DNA from: Gemmatimonadota bacterium
GTDB lineage: Bacteria; Gemmatimonadota; Gemmatimonadetes; Gemmatimonadales; GWC2-71-9
DNA: 64,000 nt
Assembly: GCA_025358055.1 (NCBI GenBank)
Contig: JANYKV010000063.1
Coordinates: 11,569 to 75,568 of the forward strand
Direction: 5' to 3'
Numbering within the stretch: the stretch's first letter is position 1; the number at the start of each line of letters is the position of its first letter. The notes beneath the pieces were generated by a model. It worked only from the letters and a program-made list of their open reading frames with translations. It searched no databases and was not told where the DNA came from. Shown piece after piece: positions 8,943 to 19,461 of this stretch. Position numbers and translations under genes: made by a program.

Positions 8943-10154
8943 ATGTCGCCGACTAACCTTCTCCTCCTATCTCTGGCGACCTTCGGGCATCAGCACACCG
9001 CCCTGGTCACGCCTGATATCGACGTCACGGGCGTTGTGTTCATCGATCAGAATGGCAACGGGACTCGTGATCCGGGAGAACCGGGGGTTCCCGGCGTGGC
9101 TGTATCCGACCAGGACCAAGTGGTTCTGACCACAGCTGATGGATCGTTTCAGATCTTCCATTCACATGGCAATGGGATCGTCTTTGTGAGTGTCCCGGAC
9201 GGTTATCGCGCAGCTAGGGGTTTTTGGCAGGCTGTGGATTCGAGCGCAGGGTCGCGAGCGCTGAGCTTCCCCTTGCTTCGAACCACGCGGGTATCCGAGT
9301 TCACGTTCATCCATGGCTCCGACACGCATATCAGTGAAGTAAGCATTGCCCGGACCGAGCGATTCCGTGACCTGAGCGACTCGGTCAAGCCGGCCTTCGT
9401 TCTGGTCTCGGGCGACTTGGTCCGAGATGCCTTGCGGGTACCTGCAGCCGAAGCGTCTCGGCTGTACGAGCTCTATCTCAGCGAGATCGCAAAATTCACC
9501 GCACCAGTGTGGAGCGTTCCAGGCAATCACGAGAATTTTGGTATCGAGCGTCTTCGTTCGTTGGTGAGCCCAACCCACCCACTCTATGGGCGACGGATGT
9601 TCCGGCACTATCTGGGACCGGATTACTATTCCTTCAACTACGGTGGGATCCACTTCGTCGGGCTCAACAGTGTCGACTACGAGGACATGTGGTATTACGG
9701 TCACATCGACAGCGTTCAAGTCGAGTGGCTCAAGCGCGACCTTGCCGCGGTATCGCCGACGACGCCGGTGGTCACATTCAACCACATTCCGTTTTTCACC
9801 GCAGGAGAGACCATCAACGGATACATGGATAGCCCACCCGCGCCGACGGCGATCACGGTACGGGGCCACACCCAATTCCGCCACGCAGTTTCGAACGCGA
9901 AGGACGTCATCCGACTGATCCAAACGCACCCATACACCCTGGCGCTGGCCGGCCATATGCATATGCGGGAAACCATCGTATATGAGACTGCCGGCCCGCG
10001 GATCAGGTTCCATCAGGCCGCCGCGATCGTGGGGTCGAGCGAAGACGGAGCGCTCTCAATGCGATCCGGAATCACGGTCTACCGGGTTCGAAATGGCCAG
10101 GTCGATGACGGCCATTTCATCCCACTCGAGGCAGGACCACCAATCCCACACTGA
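8943..10154 (+). CDS. secreted metallophosphoesterase with N-terminal SdrD/Cna-B-like domain
   Basis: FIDQNGNGTRDPGEPGVPGV fold motif, then calcineurin-like motifs GSDTHIS, SGDLV, GNHENF and GHMH. Confidence 0.8.
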   Translation: MSPTNLLLLSLATFGHQHTALVTPDIDVTGVVFIDQNGNGTRDPGEPGVPGVAVSDQDQVVLTTADGSFQIFHSHGNGIVFVSVPDGYRAARGFWQAVDSSAGSRALSFPLLRTTRVSEFTFIHGSDTHISEVSIARTERFRDLSDSVKPAFVLVSGDLVRDALRVPAAEASRLYELYLSEIAKFTAPVWSVPGNHENFGIERLRSLVSPTHPLYGRRMFRHYLGPDYYSFNYGGIHFVGLNSVDYEDMWYYGHIDSVQVEWLKRDLAAVSPTTPVVTFNHIPFFTAGETINGYMDSPPAPTAITVRGHTQFRHAVSNAKDVIRLIQTHPYTLALAGHMHMRETIVYETAGPRIRFHQAAAIVGSSEDGALSMRSGITVYRVRNGQVDDGHFIPLEAGPPIPH

Positions 10155-10201
10155 TCGCGCGCGCACTGCCGCCTGGGCGAAGTGGGGTGCAAGCGCGCCG
10201 T

Positions 10202-11623
10202 TCAGCTCACCCCCGCCCGCGTCAGACTCTTCACCAATCGATACATGAACTCAAGCGCGTCATAAAACGATTGCACCGGAATGCGCTCGTTCATACCGTG
10301 CGCTCCAGTGTCACCATAAAACTGCCCCGCAACACCATAGGTCGGGATCCCTGCGTTCCGAAGATAGACTCCGTCGGTGGCGCCCGTGCTCATCGTGGGA
10401 ATTACGGGCAGGCCGGCCCACATCTGGCTCGTGATGCGCTCGATCTGGCCCATTAGGTCCGGAGTGAGTGGGGAAGGCGGGCTGTTGCGTGCCTCCCCGA
10501 TCGGTGTCACGGCGACCTTCGGGTCGCCGATGACCTGCTCGAGTGTGCGCTGCACGTCCACCGGCGACTCATCCGGCAGGATCCGGCAGTTCACCGTCGC
10601 GCGCGCGCGCTGGGGAAGCGCATTCCGCGCATGCCCACCTTCGAGCATCGTGGCGACGCAGGTCGTCCGCAGCTGTGAGTTGTAGCGTGGATCCCCCGAG
10701 AGAATCGCGGCGGCCGATACATCATTGGGATTCACGGCAATGGCCGCCATCGCGGGTCCCATCGTCCCACCCGTAATGGGTGCGGAGCGCTGGAAATATG
10801 TTCGGGTCACATCGTTCAGGTGCACGGGGAAGTCAAAGGTACCGATCTTCACGAGCGCGCCGGAGAGGTGAGTAATGGCGTTGTCCTTGACCGGGACCGA
10901 ACTGTGGCCGCCGGGGTTGGTGACTTCGAGCTGAAAGTTCTGCACCTTCTTTTCACTGGCTTGGACGTCGTGGGAGAGCTTCCGGCCTTCCCGTATCCGT
11001 CCACCACCGCCTTCGTTGAGCACGTACTCTACATTGAACAGTTCTGGCCGATTCTTGAGAATCCACTCGACGCCGTTATCCGGGCCACCTTCTTCATCCG
11101 TCGTCAGCGCCACGACGATATCCCGATCAGGAACGAATCCTTCCGCCCGCAGCCGCATCAGGAGGGCGAGGTTAATGGCGCCATCATCCTTGTCGTCCGC
11201 CACTCCGCGCCCGAAAAATGTGTCGTCCTTTTCTATGAACTGAAACGGCGGAAGCGTCCAGTCTTCTGCTTTCGCTTCCACCACATCCAGGTGCGAAAGA
11301 AGCAGAATCGGTTTCTTGGGCGTGCTCCGCCCATGGAGTCGAACAATCAGGTTGCCCTTTCGAGGAGTGTTCTCGAGCACCACGACGTCGGAATCCGGAA
11401 ACCCTGCTGCCTTGAGACGGCTGGCCATGGCGTGGGCCGCCTTGGCAGTACTACCAACGCTCTCAGTGGTATTGATCTCGATCAGCTCTTTGAAGAGATC
11501 GCGAGCGAGGGACTCCCACCGGGAGAGATCACGAGGCTTGGCTTGGGCAAATGCATGGGCCGGCAGGACAACTCCGGACAGAGCAGCGAACACCAGGCTG
11601 GAAACTTGACGAAGAGTACCCAT
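10202..11623 (-). CDS. secreted M20 family metallopeptidase
   Basis: Signal peptide, SHLDVVEA (His/Asp ligands), GRGVADDKDDG, TTDEEGG. Confidence 0.85.
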   Translation of the reverse strand: MGTLRQVSSLVFAALSGVVLPAHAFAQAKPRDLSRWESLARDLFKELIEINTTESVGSTAKAAHAMASRLKAAGFPDSDVVVLENTPRKGNLIVRLHGRSTPKKPILLLSHLDVVEAKAEDWTLPPFQFIEKDDTFFGRGVADDKDDGAINLALLMRLRAEGFVPDRDIVVALTTDEEGGPDNGVEWILKNRPELFNVEYVLNEGGGGRIREGRKLSHDVQASEKKVQNFQLEVTNPGGHSSVPVKDNAITHLSGALVKIGTFDFPVHLNDVTRTYFQRSAPITGGTMGPAMAAIAVNPNDVSAAAILSGDPRYNSQLRTTCVATMLEGGHARNALPQRARATVNCRILPDESPVDVQRTLEQVIGDPKVAVTPIGEARNSPPSPLTPDLMGQIERITSQMWAGLPVIPTMSTGATDGVYLRNAGIPTYGVAGQFYGDTGAHGMNERIPVQSFYDALEFMYRLVKSLTRAGVS

Positions 11624-11679
11624 GAGGTCCTAGAGGTTCGGGTTGGAGGGGCAACTCGAGGGTTATCGGAGGCCCCCGC

Positions 11680-13821
11680 CTATTGATGGGGGACGACCGG
11701 CAGTTCCACAAATGATTTTCGCTCACCACCCCGATGCAACGTAATCCTCGGCGTAATGTTGTCCGGGGCGTCGGGTCGATTCTGCGGCGAGAGCCTCGGA
11801 TGCAGCTCGAAGGTAGGCCAGTCCGCCGACTGCACCGAGAGCCGGATGGAGTGTCCCTTCTTGAAGCGCCAGGCGGTGGGATATAACGCCGTTACGATCT
11901 CCACTACTCCGCCGCGAGCGAAAACGCGTGGATTGTAATCCGACTGCCGATACCCGTGCCAGGGAAGCTTAGGCTGTACACTGATTCGTGGGTTATTCGG
12001 AATCATCTCATTGTTGTTGTGGAGCGTGGCGAATCCGGCGCGATGTTGATAGTCCGTCACCAGCACGGCCTCGCCGTTGGCGTCCACGTCTTCCAAATAG
12101 AAGAAGAAATCGCCGTCGTCGGCCGTCGAGGAGGCCCAGACATGCACAAGGGGGTGGCCGATGACGTCCGTATCATGGGAGAGTGGAGTCGAGGTGTAGG
12201 TGAGCCCTTTCTTGTCGAACTCGGTCCGAACCGGCGGCCCTTCGGGCACTCCGAACATGAACTGGCGGTTTCGGCCGAAGGCCTTAATGGCCGGCGCCGG
12301 GCGGTGGAGGAGCGAATCCACTTCGGCGATCGGGCCTTTGTCCTGCCAAGGGGCCCAGGCCGAATACTGAGAGAAATCCGCCGTGTAGCTGTCGGTGTTT
12401 GTGGTCGCCGGCGCTGACGTTGCCAGGGTCTGGCCCGCACCGAGAAAGAATTTGGTGTCCACTTTACCCGGGGGCGGCCACGTTGCCGAGGGCCGCCACC
12501 CGTCGTTCATGACGAAAAGGAGCAGGGGAGGCTCCTTGTCCACGCCGTTCTGGACTCCTTTGAGCCACCGATCAAACCAGCGAAGTTCTTCGATCCGGTC
12601 CTGAATGAGGCTTGCGCCGGCGCTTGTATCCGCCCCGATGAATCGGGCAAAGCTCGCGGAGACGCCTTGGTGATACACGGGCCGGGCGATGAGCCGAGCC
12701 GGGTTCGTCAGGCGCATGGTGGAGTGCAGCTGAAAGGAGCTTTCGGTGAACGCATCGAACCAGCCAGCCAGGTTGAGAATCGGGACCTTGGACCTCATAA
12801 CGTCCGGCAGCCAAGCCCAGTTGAGATCGGGGGCGGTCAGTCCGTCTCCAGGACGCTTCGAATCCCAGAACGGCATCGCGCTTATCACGGGGTCGCCATC
12901 GTAGGTACCCGGCGCGCCGGCCGGATCGGCCACATGTTGCATCACCGCGCTGAGGTAGTAATTGTGCGTTCGCTCCACACCGTCCGGGTACTTCGGCTTG
13001 GGGCCGCGGTCGAGCGGCCAGGCGTAGTCATCGGAGAACCAGCCGTTGCCATTGAGGTCCAGCGGAATCTCGTCCACGATCTGGCCGTCGCCGTTCTCGT
13101 CGATGACGGGCGGAGTCGGTGGGATGGGGAACGGGGCAAAGACGCTACTCCGGTTGAGATGGTATGTTGTCGCCGTCCACATCTGCATGAAGGCATAGGA
13201 ATAGATGCCGCCGGGATGGGAGATCATGCCGTCCCAGCCTGGATGTGCCGGCACGATCGCCTTGAGCGCCTTGGGCGCCTTGGACGCCACCGCGAGCTGC
13301 GACCAGCCCTCATACGATCCGCCGCGCATCCCTACGTTCCCATCGGACCACGATTGAGCCGCGATCCAATCCACCAGCTCCTTGCCGTCGTCTCGCACCC
13401 GCGCATCCATGAGGTTCATCCATCCAAACGAGGCACCGGTACCCCGCATGTCGGCCGCAACGTAGGCATATCCATATTGGAGAAAAAACGGATCTACCGG
13501 CACGTTCCCGGTCTTGAGATCGAGGAAAGTGCGGCCGTACGGCGTGTAGCGGAAGACCACCGGAAAGCGGGTCGGCGCCTTTCCCTTTCCGTGGTACTCC
13601 CGGGGAAGAAACACGTCGACCGCGAGCTTGGTCCCATCCCGCATCGAGACGAACACCGAGGATCGCGTGTGGCCGGTCCAGTCGGGAGTGGTATACCCGG
13701 AGTACTGGAAGGGACGGCTGACCTTGGCAGGGCTCTGGCCGACGAGGGCATCGTCGGGGATTGTGACGAGAGCGAGGAGGCCAAGGGAAAGCACTCGGCA
13801 GGGGCGGAAGATGGTCTGCAT
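11680..13821 (-). CDS. CocE/NonD family hydrolase (S15 X-Pro dipeptidyl-peptidase fold), paralogue A
   Basis: Start at MQTIFRPCRVLSLGLLALV (ATG 13821). The upstream 93-codon extension is Arg-rich and overlaps panE. Motifs DMRGTGAS.G and the nucleophile GGSYEGW. Confidence 0.85.
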   Translation of the reverse strand: MQTIFRPCRVLSLGLLALVTIPDDALVGQSPAKVSRPFQYSGYTTPDWTGHTRSSVFVSMRDGTKLAVDVFLPREYHGKGKAPTRFPVVFRYTPYGRTFLDLKTGNVPVDPFFLQYGYAYVAADMRGTGASFGWMNLMDARVRDDGKELVDWIAAQSWSDGNVGMRGGSYEGWSQLAVASKAPKALKAIVPAHPGWDGMISHPGGIYSYAFMQMWTATTYHLNRSSVFAPFPIPPTPPVIDENGDGQIVDEIPLDLNGNGWFSDDYAWPLDRGPKPKYPDGVERTHNYYLSAVMQHVADPAGAPGTYDGDPVISAMPFWDSKRPGDGLTAPDLNWAWLPDVMRSKVPILNLAGWFDAFTESSFQLHSTMRLTNPARLIARPVYHQGVSASFARFIGADTSAGASLIQDRIEELRWFDRWLKGVQNGVDKEPPLLLFVMNDGWRPSATWPPPGKVDTKFFLGAGQTLATSAPATTNTDSYTADFSQYSAWAPWQDKGPIAEVDSLLHRPAPAIKAFGRNRQFMFGVPEGPPVRTEFDKKGLTYTSTPLSHDTDVIGHPLVHVWASSTADDGDFFFYLEDVDANGEAVLVTDYQHRAGFATLHNNNEMIPNNPRISVQPKLPWHGYRQSDYNPRVFARGGVVEIVTALYPTAWRFKKGHSIRLSVQSADWPTFELHPRLSPQNRPDAPDNITPRITLHRGGERKSFVELPVVPHQ

Positions 13822-14039
13822 CGGCCTCGTGATCCAACTGGAGTGGAGCTGGAGGTTCAAGTCGGAGTGGACCATCGCTAGCCTAGCATTGCCTGTCAAG
13901 GTAGGCAACGCACCGGTTCCGCACCCACGTCGCCAATAGTACTTTCCCACGCGCGGTTTAGCCGAAGATCGGGTTGATATACGCAGAGCCCATACCATGA
14001 GGGGGCCCTCTGGAACGCGGTGAGTGGCCGAGAATAGCG

Positions 14040-14954
14040 GTGCTGGGTGCGGGAGCCGTTGGATGCTACTTCGGCGGAATGCTGGCCCGAGCGGGAGCAC
14101 CCGTGACCCTTATTGGCCGCGCCACCCTCGTGGAGGCGGTTCGCGCGCACGGGCTATTCCTCGAGAGCCTCAAGTTTCAGGAATACGTCCCCCTCGCGGC
14201 CTCGAATGACGCCGCCGCGGCGACGGGCGCCCAACTCATCCTGTTTTCGGTGAAGACGCCCAGTACAGAAGAGGCGGCGCGAGCGCTCGCCCCACAACTC
14301 ACCCCAGGCGCGCTCGTGTTGAGCCTCCAAAACGGTGTCGACAACGTCGACCGGATACGCGCAGCGACGGGCATCGACGCGATCCCCTCGGTGGTCTATG
14401 TGGCGGCGGAGGTCATCGCACCAGGCCGGATCAAGCACACTGGACGCGGCGACCTCATCATCGGCGCGCCCGCGGAGCGATCTACCCCAGATCATGGGCA
14501 ACTTGATCTCGAAACGGTCGGCCAGGTTTTCCAACGTGCTGGTATCCCCTGTAAGATCTCCGCAGACATCGAGGCCGATCTGTGGACCAAGTTGATCATG
14601 AATTGCGCGTACAATGCCATTTCCGCAGTGAGCCGCGCACGATATGGCTCGATCGCGAGCTTTCCGTGGACTCGCGTGGTCGTCAAGCAGGTCATCGAAG
14701 AGACCGTGGCGGTCGCCACTAAGGCGGGCGTGCGACTGGCGGAGATCGACCTGGTGGAAGCCGGCTATAAACTCGCCGAAGCAATGCCCCAGGCCCTCTC
14801 CTCGACTGCACAGGACATCGCGCGCGGAAGACCCACCGAAATCGACTCGTTGAACGGCTACGTGGTTCGACGCGGATCGGAGCTCGGTGTCGACATCTCC
14901 GTCAACCGCACGCTGCATGCCCTGGTCAAGCTCCTGGAAGAGAGTCCGTCATGA
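14040..14954 (+). CDS. panE: 2-dehydropantoate 2-reductase
   Basis: N-terminal Rossmann motif LGAGAVGCYFGGMLARAG and ApbA/PanE-like length and layout (304 aa). GTG start. Confidence 0.8.
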   Translation: MLGAGAVGCYFGGMLARAGAPVTLIGRATLVEAVRAHGLFLESLKFQEYVPLAASNDAAAATGAQLILFSVKTPSTEEAARALAPQLTPGALVLSLQNGVDNVDRIRAATGIDAIPSVVYVAAEVIAPGRIKHTGRGDLIIGAPAERSTPDHGQLDLETVGQVFQRAGIPCKISADIEADLWTKLIMNCAYNAISAVSRARYGSIASFPWTRVVVKQVIEETVAVATKAGVRLAEIDLVEAGYKLAEAMPQALSSTAQDIARGRPTEIDSLNGYVVRRGSELGVDISVNRTLHALVKLLEESPS

Positions 14955-15577
14955 CGACGAATGCCCACACAACCATAACGCACGTGTTCTTCGACATTGG
15001 CGGTGTGCTCGGCACCGATGGATGGGACAGCACCCAGCGAGCCGCCGCGGTCGCCAGATTCGGCCTTGACCCAGCGCCTTTCGCCGAGCGCCATCGGGAA
15101 GCGGTGGGAACGTTCGAAGAGGGGCGGATGACATTGGACGAGTATCTCAACTGTACGGTCTTCCACGAGCCGAGACCATTTTCGCGGGACGAATTCCGGG
15201 CGTTTATGCTGGCCCAAAGCCACCCCTTCCCTCAATCAATTGCGCTCGCGCGCGAACTAGCGGACACCCGACGGTATCGCATGATGACGCTCAACAATGA
15301 ATCGACGGAATTGAACACGTACCGGCTGCAACACTTTGGACTGCGAGAGATCTTCGTCGCCTATTTCAGCTCGTGTTGGATGGGAGTAGTAAAGCCGTCA
15401 CGATACATCTTCGAGCGAGCGCTCTCGTTTTCCCAAGCGGAAGCGGAACGGTCAGTCTTCATCGATGATCGTGACCGTAACCTCGATCCGGCAAAGGCGA
15501 TAGGGATGCACACGATTCTGTTCCGGAGTCCCGATCAGTTGCGGCAAGATTTGAGTCGGCTCGGAGTAACGACGTAA
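14951..15577 (+). CDS. HAD superfamily hydrolase
   Basis: ATGA overlap with the panE stop (14951-14954). Motif I variant FFDIGGVL (DxGxV, as in YihX-type phosphatases) and motif IV FIDDRDRN. Confidence 0.75.
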   Translation: MTTNAHTTITHVFFDIGGVLGTDGWDSTQRAAAVARFGLDPAPFAERHREAVGTFEEGRMTLDEYLNCTVFHEPRPFSRDEFRAFMLAQSHPFPQSIALARELADTRRYRMMTLNNESTELNTYRLQHFGLREIFVAYFSSCWMGVVKPSRYIFERALSFSQAEAERSVFIDDRDRNLDPAKAIGMHTILFRSPDQLRQDLSRLGVTT

Positions 15578-15687
15578 GGGCTCGCGGCCCACTTGATCGA
15601 AATGGTCGAGAAAAGTGGTCGCAGGGCCGACGCCATCGAAGAACTGGATACCGGGAGCGGCAGCTGCGTCGGCAATCCTGCCCTTGC

Positions 15688-16731
15688 CTATCCTACCCGA
15701 GCTGCCCGCTCGATCCGCTCTTCGGCAACTCGGTCCGCGGCAACGTAGGTGGGGATTTTTGCCGCGTCCGCTTTCCGGAACACTTCTAACACTGTGTCAT
15801 AGATCGCATCAATTCGCCGGTCTCGCTCCGCGGCGCTCCACCCGAGGACATCCACCCCTCCGGAGAGGACCCCTCCAGCATTCACGACATAGTCCGGAGC
15901 GTAGACGATCCCACGCTCGGCGAGTGCATCGCCGTGGCGATCCTCGAGGAGTTGGTTATTGGCGGCGCCCGCGATGACGGCGGCCCGGATTTCAGGCACC
16001 GTACGATCGTTAAGGACGCCCCCGAGGGCGCACGGAGCGAAGATGTCCACGTCCGCGGCGTGGATCGTATTGATGGAGCTTCCGATAGCGCCGAGTTCGC
16101 GTTCGGCCCGAGCCACACGGGCGGGGTCGATATCGCTCACGATGAGTCGGGCCCCGACCTTTGTGAGCTGCTGCGCCAGACTGTAGCCGACGTTCCCTAA
16201 GCCCTGTACCGCCACCCTCTTACCCTCCAAGGAATCCGTCCCCCAGCGATATTGGGCCCCAGCCTGGACCGCCCGGAACACTCCGCGCGCCGTATAGGGC
16301 GACGGATCGCCGCCACCTTGGGCCCGGCCCGCCACATACTTGGTTTCCATCGCGATGAGTTCCATGTCCGCCGCCGAGGAGCCGACGTCTTCGGCGGTGA
16401 TGTAGCGTCCGCCCAGTCGCTCGACGAAGCGGCCGTGGGCTCGAAAGAGGGTTTCCCGGTCAAACGCCGATCCATCGAGCATGATGACCGCCTTGCCACC
16501 ACCAAACGGCACGCCGGCCATCGCACACTTGTAGGTCATCCCGCGTGAAAGGCGCAGGGCATCCACCAAGGCATCTTCGTCGCTCTGATAGCGCCAAACT
16601 CGGGTGCCTCCCACAGCCGGCCCAAGCACGGTGCTGTGCATGGCGATGATTCCGCGATAGCCGCTACGAGGATCGCTGCAGAAGAGGACGTTCTCGTGGC
16701 CGTCGGCTTTCATTCGATCGAACAAATGCAT
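15688..16731 (-). CDS. Glu/Leu/Phe/Val dehydrogenase family enzyme (Leu/Val/Phe-type)
   Basis: 347 aa. GVPFGGGKAVI catalytic-Lys signature and the dinucleotide fold VQGLGNVG. Substrate specificity cannot be read from the sequence. Confidence 0.85.
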   Translation of the reverse strand: MHLFDRMKADGHENVLFCSDPRSGYRGIIAMHSTVLGPAVGGTRVWRYQSDEDALVDALRLSRGMTYKCAMAGVPFGGGKAVIMLDGSAFDRETLFRAHGRFVERLGGRYITAEDVGSSAADMELIAMETKYVAGRAQGGGDPSPYTARGVFRAVQAGAQYRWGTDSLEGKRVAVQGLGNVGYSLAQQLTKVGARLIVSDIDPARVARAERELGAIGSSINTIHAADVDIFAPCALGGVLNDRTVPEIRAAVIAGAANNQLLEDRHGDALAERGIVYAPDYVVNAGGVLSGGVDVLGWSAAERDRRIDAIYDTVLEVFRKADAAKIPTYVAADRVAEERIERAARVG

Positions 16732-16892
16732 TCTGCTCTCCCGCAGGTTTGCGGCGGCGGTCTGTTAGCGAAGTAGGCACCTCGTGTCCCAGGCGTTCGT
16801 GGCGCCGCGCCAAGCGCCCCAAAATACTCGATTCCCTTGCTCTGAGGGCCAGCCCAACGCGGCCCCGACTCATCCGGGGCCACACTCGCAAA

Positions 16893-18242
16893 TCAGAAGT
16901 TGAATGAGAATGACCGCCCCCCCCCACCAATACCGCGCAGCCGGGGGTTTACAATGCTGTTGTAGATCGACCCGAAGGTGTAGTTGAGGCCGAAGAAAGT
17001 GAAATAGTCGAAACTCGTCTTCAATTGCTTGAGCCGGAGCAACACATCCGTGTCCGTGATGTTGGCCTTGGCGATTGAGCGCTGGTCGCGCACCCGGGCG
17101 ATGCTGCCGAAGATGTTGAAGGACAGACCCTTGATCAGCCGAAAATTGCCACCTCCAAATACGCTGATCCGGTTCTCGGCAAAGTGGTCGAGGTACGTTG
17201 ACCCGGTCACCCCAAAATTGGCGCTGCCCCAGGGCTGGGTAGCGTCGAGCCCGAAGGTCAGAAATTGCTTGGCCTTCGTCTCTTTGAGCACGTCGAAGAT
17301 GGTGGAATCCGCAAAGCGGGACCGGATGACCGACACACTGTACTGCAAGGTCAACAGTCGTCGGGTGGACTCCTTGTAGTTGAAGAAGCTGAACTCAATA
17401 GTCGGCCCGCCCTGCACCACGAGATCTTCGTTGTCCACGCTGGACGAAGACGCTCCACCGCTCATCCCGATAGACCAATGACTTCCCAAGCTTCGTGCCA
17501 GATACCCATTCGCGGCATAGCTGGACGTCTTGCTCCGAATGGTGGTGAGGCTATCCAACTCATACGTGCTTTTGTTCCGGGAACCGAAGACTGACAGGCC
17601 CACCTTCCAGTCCTCCGTCACGCGGTTGGCCGACACCGAACCGAATATGTTGCTCGTCGTCAACAAGGACTGGCCGCTGAAATTCCCGTTCCCTCCCAGA
17701 CTGAACACCCAGTTGTTCCACGGATCGTGAGGCTTCTGGGCTGGTCCAGACTGGGCAGTGTCGGGTTGGTAGGTCACGGTCAGCTTTCGCCCCATCGGGA
17801 GGCGGGCAACGTAGCGGACCAGCCCAAGTTTCAACACCTGGGCGAGCGCCGTGCGCCGGTCGTTCTGGGTTTCGGTGGCGTTCGAAACGTATTTCAATTC
17901 ATCCTCTACTCCCACGAATCGCTCGAGTCCGATGAACTTAAGCGTGAACTCCCGCCCGCCCCCGCCGGTCTCTTGGGTACTCACCAGGATATGCAGCTGA
18001 GCTGCCTGCCGGTCCCGAACATAGTTCACGAACGCGATCTCAGTGCGCATGTAGTCGAAATCGCAGGAATTGCAATCGAGGTAGACGCGCAGCGCATCGC
18101 CACGGGATTGGGTTGTGGTCGTGTCTTGTGCAGTCACGAATCCAGGGCAGAATAGCGGCAGCAATACGCTCAGCACGCTGATGCGAAAAACCACGAAAGC
18201 CCCCAAGGGGACAGAGAGAATGCGTAAGGGAGTAAGCGACAC
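16893..18242 (-). CDS. outer-membrane beta-barrel protein of unknown family
   Basis: 449 aa with a GTG start and a hydrophobic N-terminus. Soluble N-domain with a CNSCDFDY motif, then alternating-hydrophobic strands rich in S/T/N/G/F. Terminal aromatic residue (..RSFSFNF), as in OMP beta-signals. Confidence 0.6.
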   Translation of the reverse strand: MSLTPLRILSVPLGAFVVFRISVLSVLLPLFCPGFVTAQDTTTTQSRGDALRVYLDCNSCDFDYMRTEIAFVNYVRDRQAAQLHILVSTQETGGGGREFTLKFIGLERFVGVEDELKYVSNATETQNDRRTALAQVLKLGLVRYVARLPMGRKLTVTYQPDTAQSGPAQKPHDPWNNWVFSLGGNGNFSGQSLLTTSNIFGSVSANRVTEDWKVGLSVFGSRNKSTYELDSLTTIRSKTSSYAANGYLARSLGSHWSIGMSGGASSSSVDNEDLVVQGGPTIEFSFFNYKESTRRLLTLQYSVSVIRSRFADSTIFDVLKETKAKQFLTFGLDATQPWGSANFGVTGSTYLDHFAENRISVFGGGNFRLIKGLSFNIFGSIARVRDQRSIAKANITDTDVLLRLKQLKTSFDYFTFFGLNYTFGSIYNSIVNPRLRGIGGGGRSFSFNF

Positions 18243-18504
18243 AACTACACATGTAGTATTACAGTAATCGTGAGTCCAGTCAAGTCGAAGGTGGGATTTG
18301 GGACTACCCTTGGATGCCTTGGTGTGGAGAATGGTTGCAACCGGCGAGGTTTACTCCCTCATTTGAGGCCAGTTCAGGCTTCCGTGACCTTCTCTCCTTC
18401 TAGCCGTAGAGCATCTCCCAGACCACCAGATCATTCGTGAAGCCTCGAACCGGTGGACCACCCCCGCAGGCACAAAGAGACATCCCGGCCCGAACAGTGT
18501 CCGT

Positions 18505-19461
18505 TCAGTTCTTCGGAGAAATCACTCGCCCGTAGGTCGAAGCACGCCCCAGCCGCTCGAAGTACCGATATGCCAGCAGTGCCACCTCGCTGATTGCCTG
18601 CTCCGCAGCGCGCTCATCACGGTCGAAGGTTGTCATCACTGCGATGGCGAAGGGGCGATTCTTGGTAAACACAATGCCGACGTCGGACCGGACACCTTCC
18701 AGGGAGCCCGGCTTGTTCGCGATCGTCAGATCATCCGGCAATAGGCGGGGGATGTCACTGTCTTTATGAGTCGCCAGCATTTTGAAATACTCGTCCTTGA
18801 GCGGCGCCGGCACGATCTGACCGCGATGGAGAGCCTCGAGCAGCGTCACGAAATCCGCCGGGGTCGCCGTGTTTTCCCGGCCTTCGGTCGCGGCCTTGAG
18901 ATCCATCATCTGGCGGCGGAGTTTCGTCTCCGTGAAGCCGAGCCCCGAAAGCAAGGTGTTCACGTTGCCGAGTCCCACGCGTTTGATCAATACATTGGTC
19001 GCGGAATTGTCGCTCACCGCGATCATCATGGTCGCGAGATCCCGGTTGGTGAGCGTGGTGACGCCAGGGGTGAGCCCCGCCATAATGTCACTGCCCGCCA
19101 CGATATCCGCTTTATCGACGGTGTATGGGTCCGCGAGCCGGACTACTCCACTCTTCCCCTGTTGCCCTGCCGCCTCCTGGCGGTACAGCTCCGCCAGGAT
19201 CGCCACTTTGATGGCACTGGCGGTAGGCATGATTTCGTCGGCGTGGTAGAACAGGGTGCGACCGTCAGTGAGGTCCTTGATCGCGACCGCGAGAACTCCG
19301 TCGAGTCCCTCATCGATTTTGGCGACGTCGCGTTCGAGCTTCCGCCACAGGAGGTCTACCTTCTGACCGGTACGAGTCAGCCCCTGTGCAGCCAGACGCT
19401 TCGTCCCGGAATTGCCGACGGTCATGATGATGAGTAGGAGCGATGCTGTGACTTGGCGCAT
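18505..19461 (-). CDS. class A beta-lactamase-related serine hydrolase
   Basis: Start at MRQVTASLLLIIMTV (ATG 19461, AAGGAG upstream). SxxK motif as ASAIK and SDN as VSDNSATN. The third box reads KPG (NKPGSLEG) instead of KTG/KSG. Confidence 0.75.
   Translation of the reverse strand: MRQVTASLLLIIMTVGNSGTKRLAAQGLTRTGQKVDLLWRKLERDVAKIDEGLDGVLAVAIKDLTDGRTLFYHADEIMPTASAIKVAILAELYRQEAAGQQGKSGVVRLADPYTVDKADIVAGSDIMAGLTPGVTTLTNRDLATMMIAVSDNSATNVLIKRVGLGNVNTLLSGLGFTETKLRRQMMDLKAATEGRENTATPADFVTLLEALHRGQIVPAPLKDEYFKMLATHKDSDIPRLLPDDLTIANKPGSLEGVRSDVGIVFTKNRPFAIAVMTTFDRDERAAEQAISEVALLAYRYFERLGRASTYGRVISPKN

Noticed and set aside
13822-14100. N-terminal extensions offered by the ORF track (also 42553..42768 for paaZ, 23434..23631, 19462..19569, 21569..21862, 25777..26139, 28852..29130, 50431..50982, 52411..52779)
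   Set aside because: The extensions are Arg/Pro-rich and often overlap neighbouring genes. They precede an internal Met or Val that starts a proper signal peptide or the conserved family N-terminus, usually with a GGAG-type Shine-Dalgarno.
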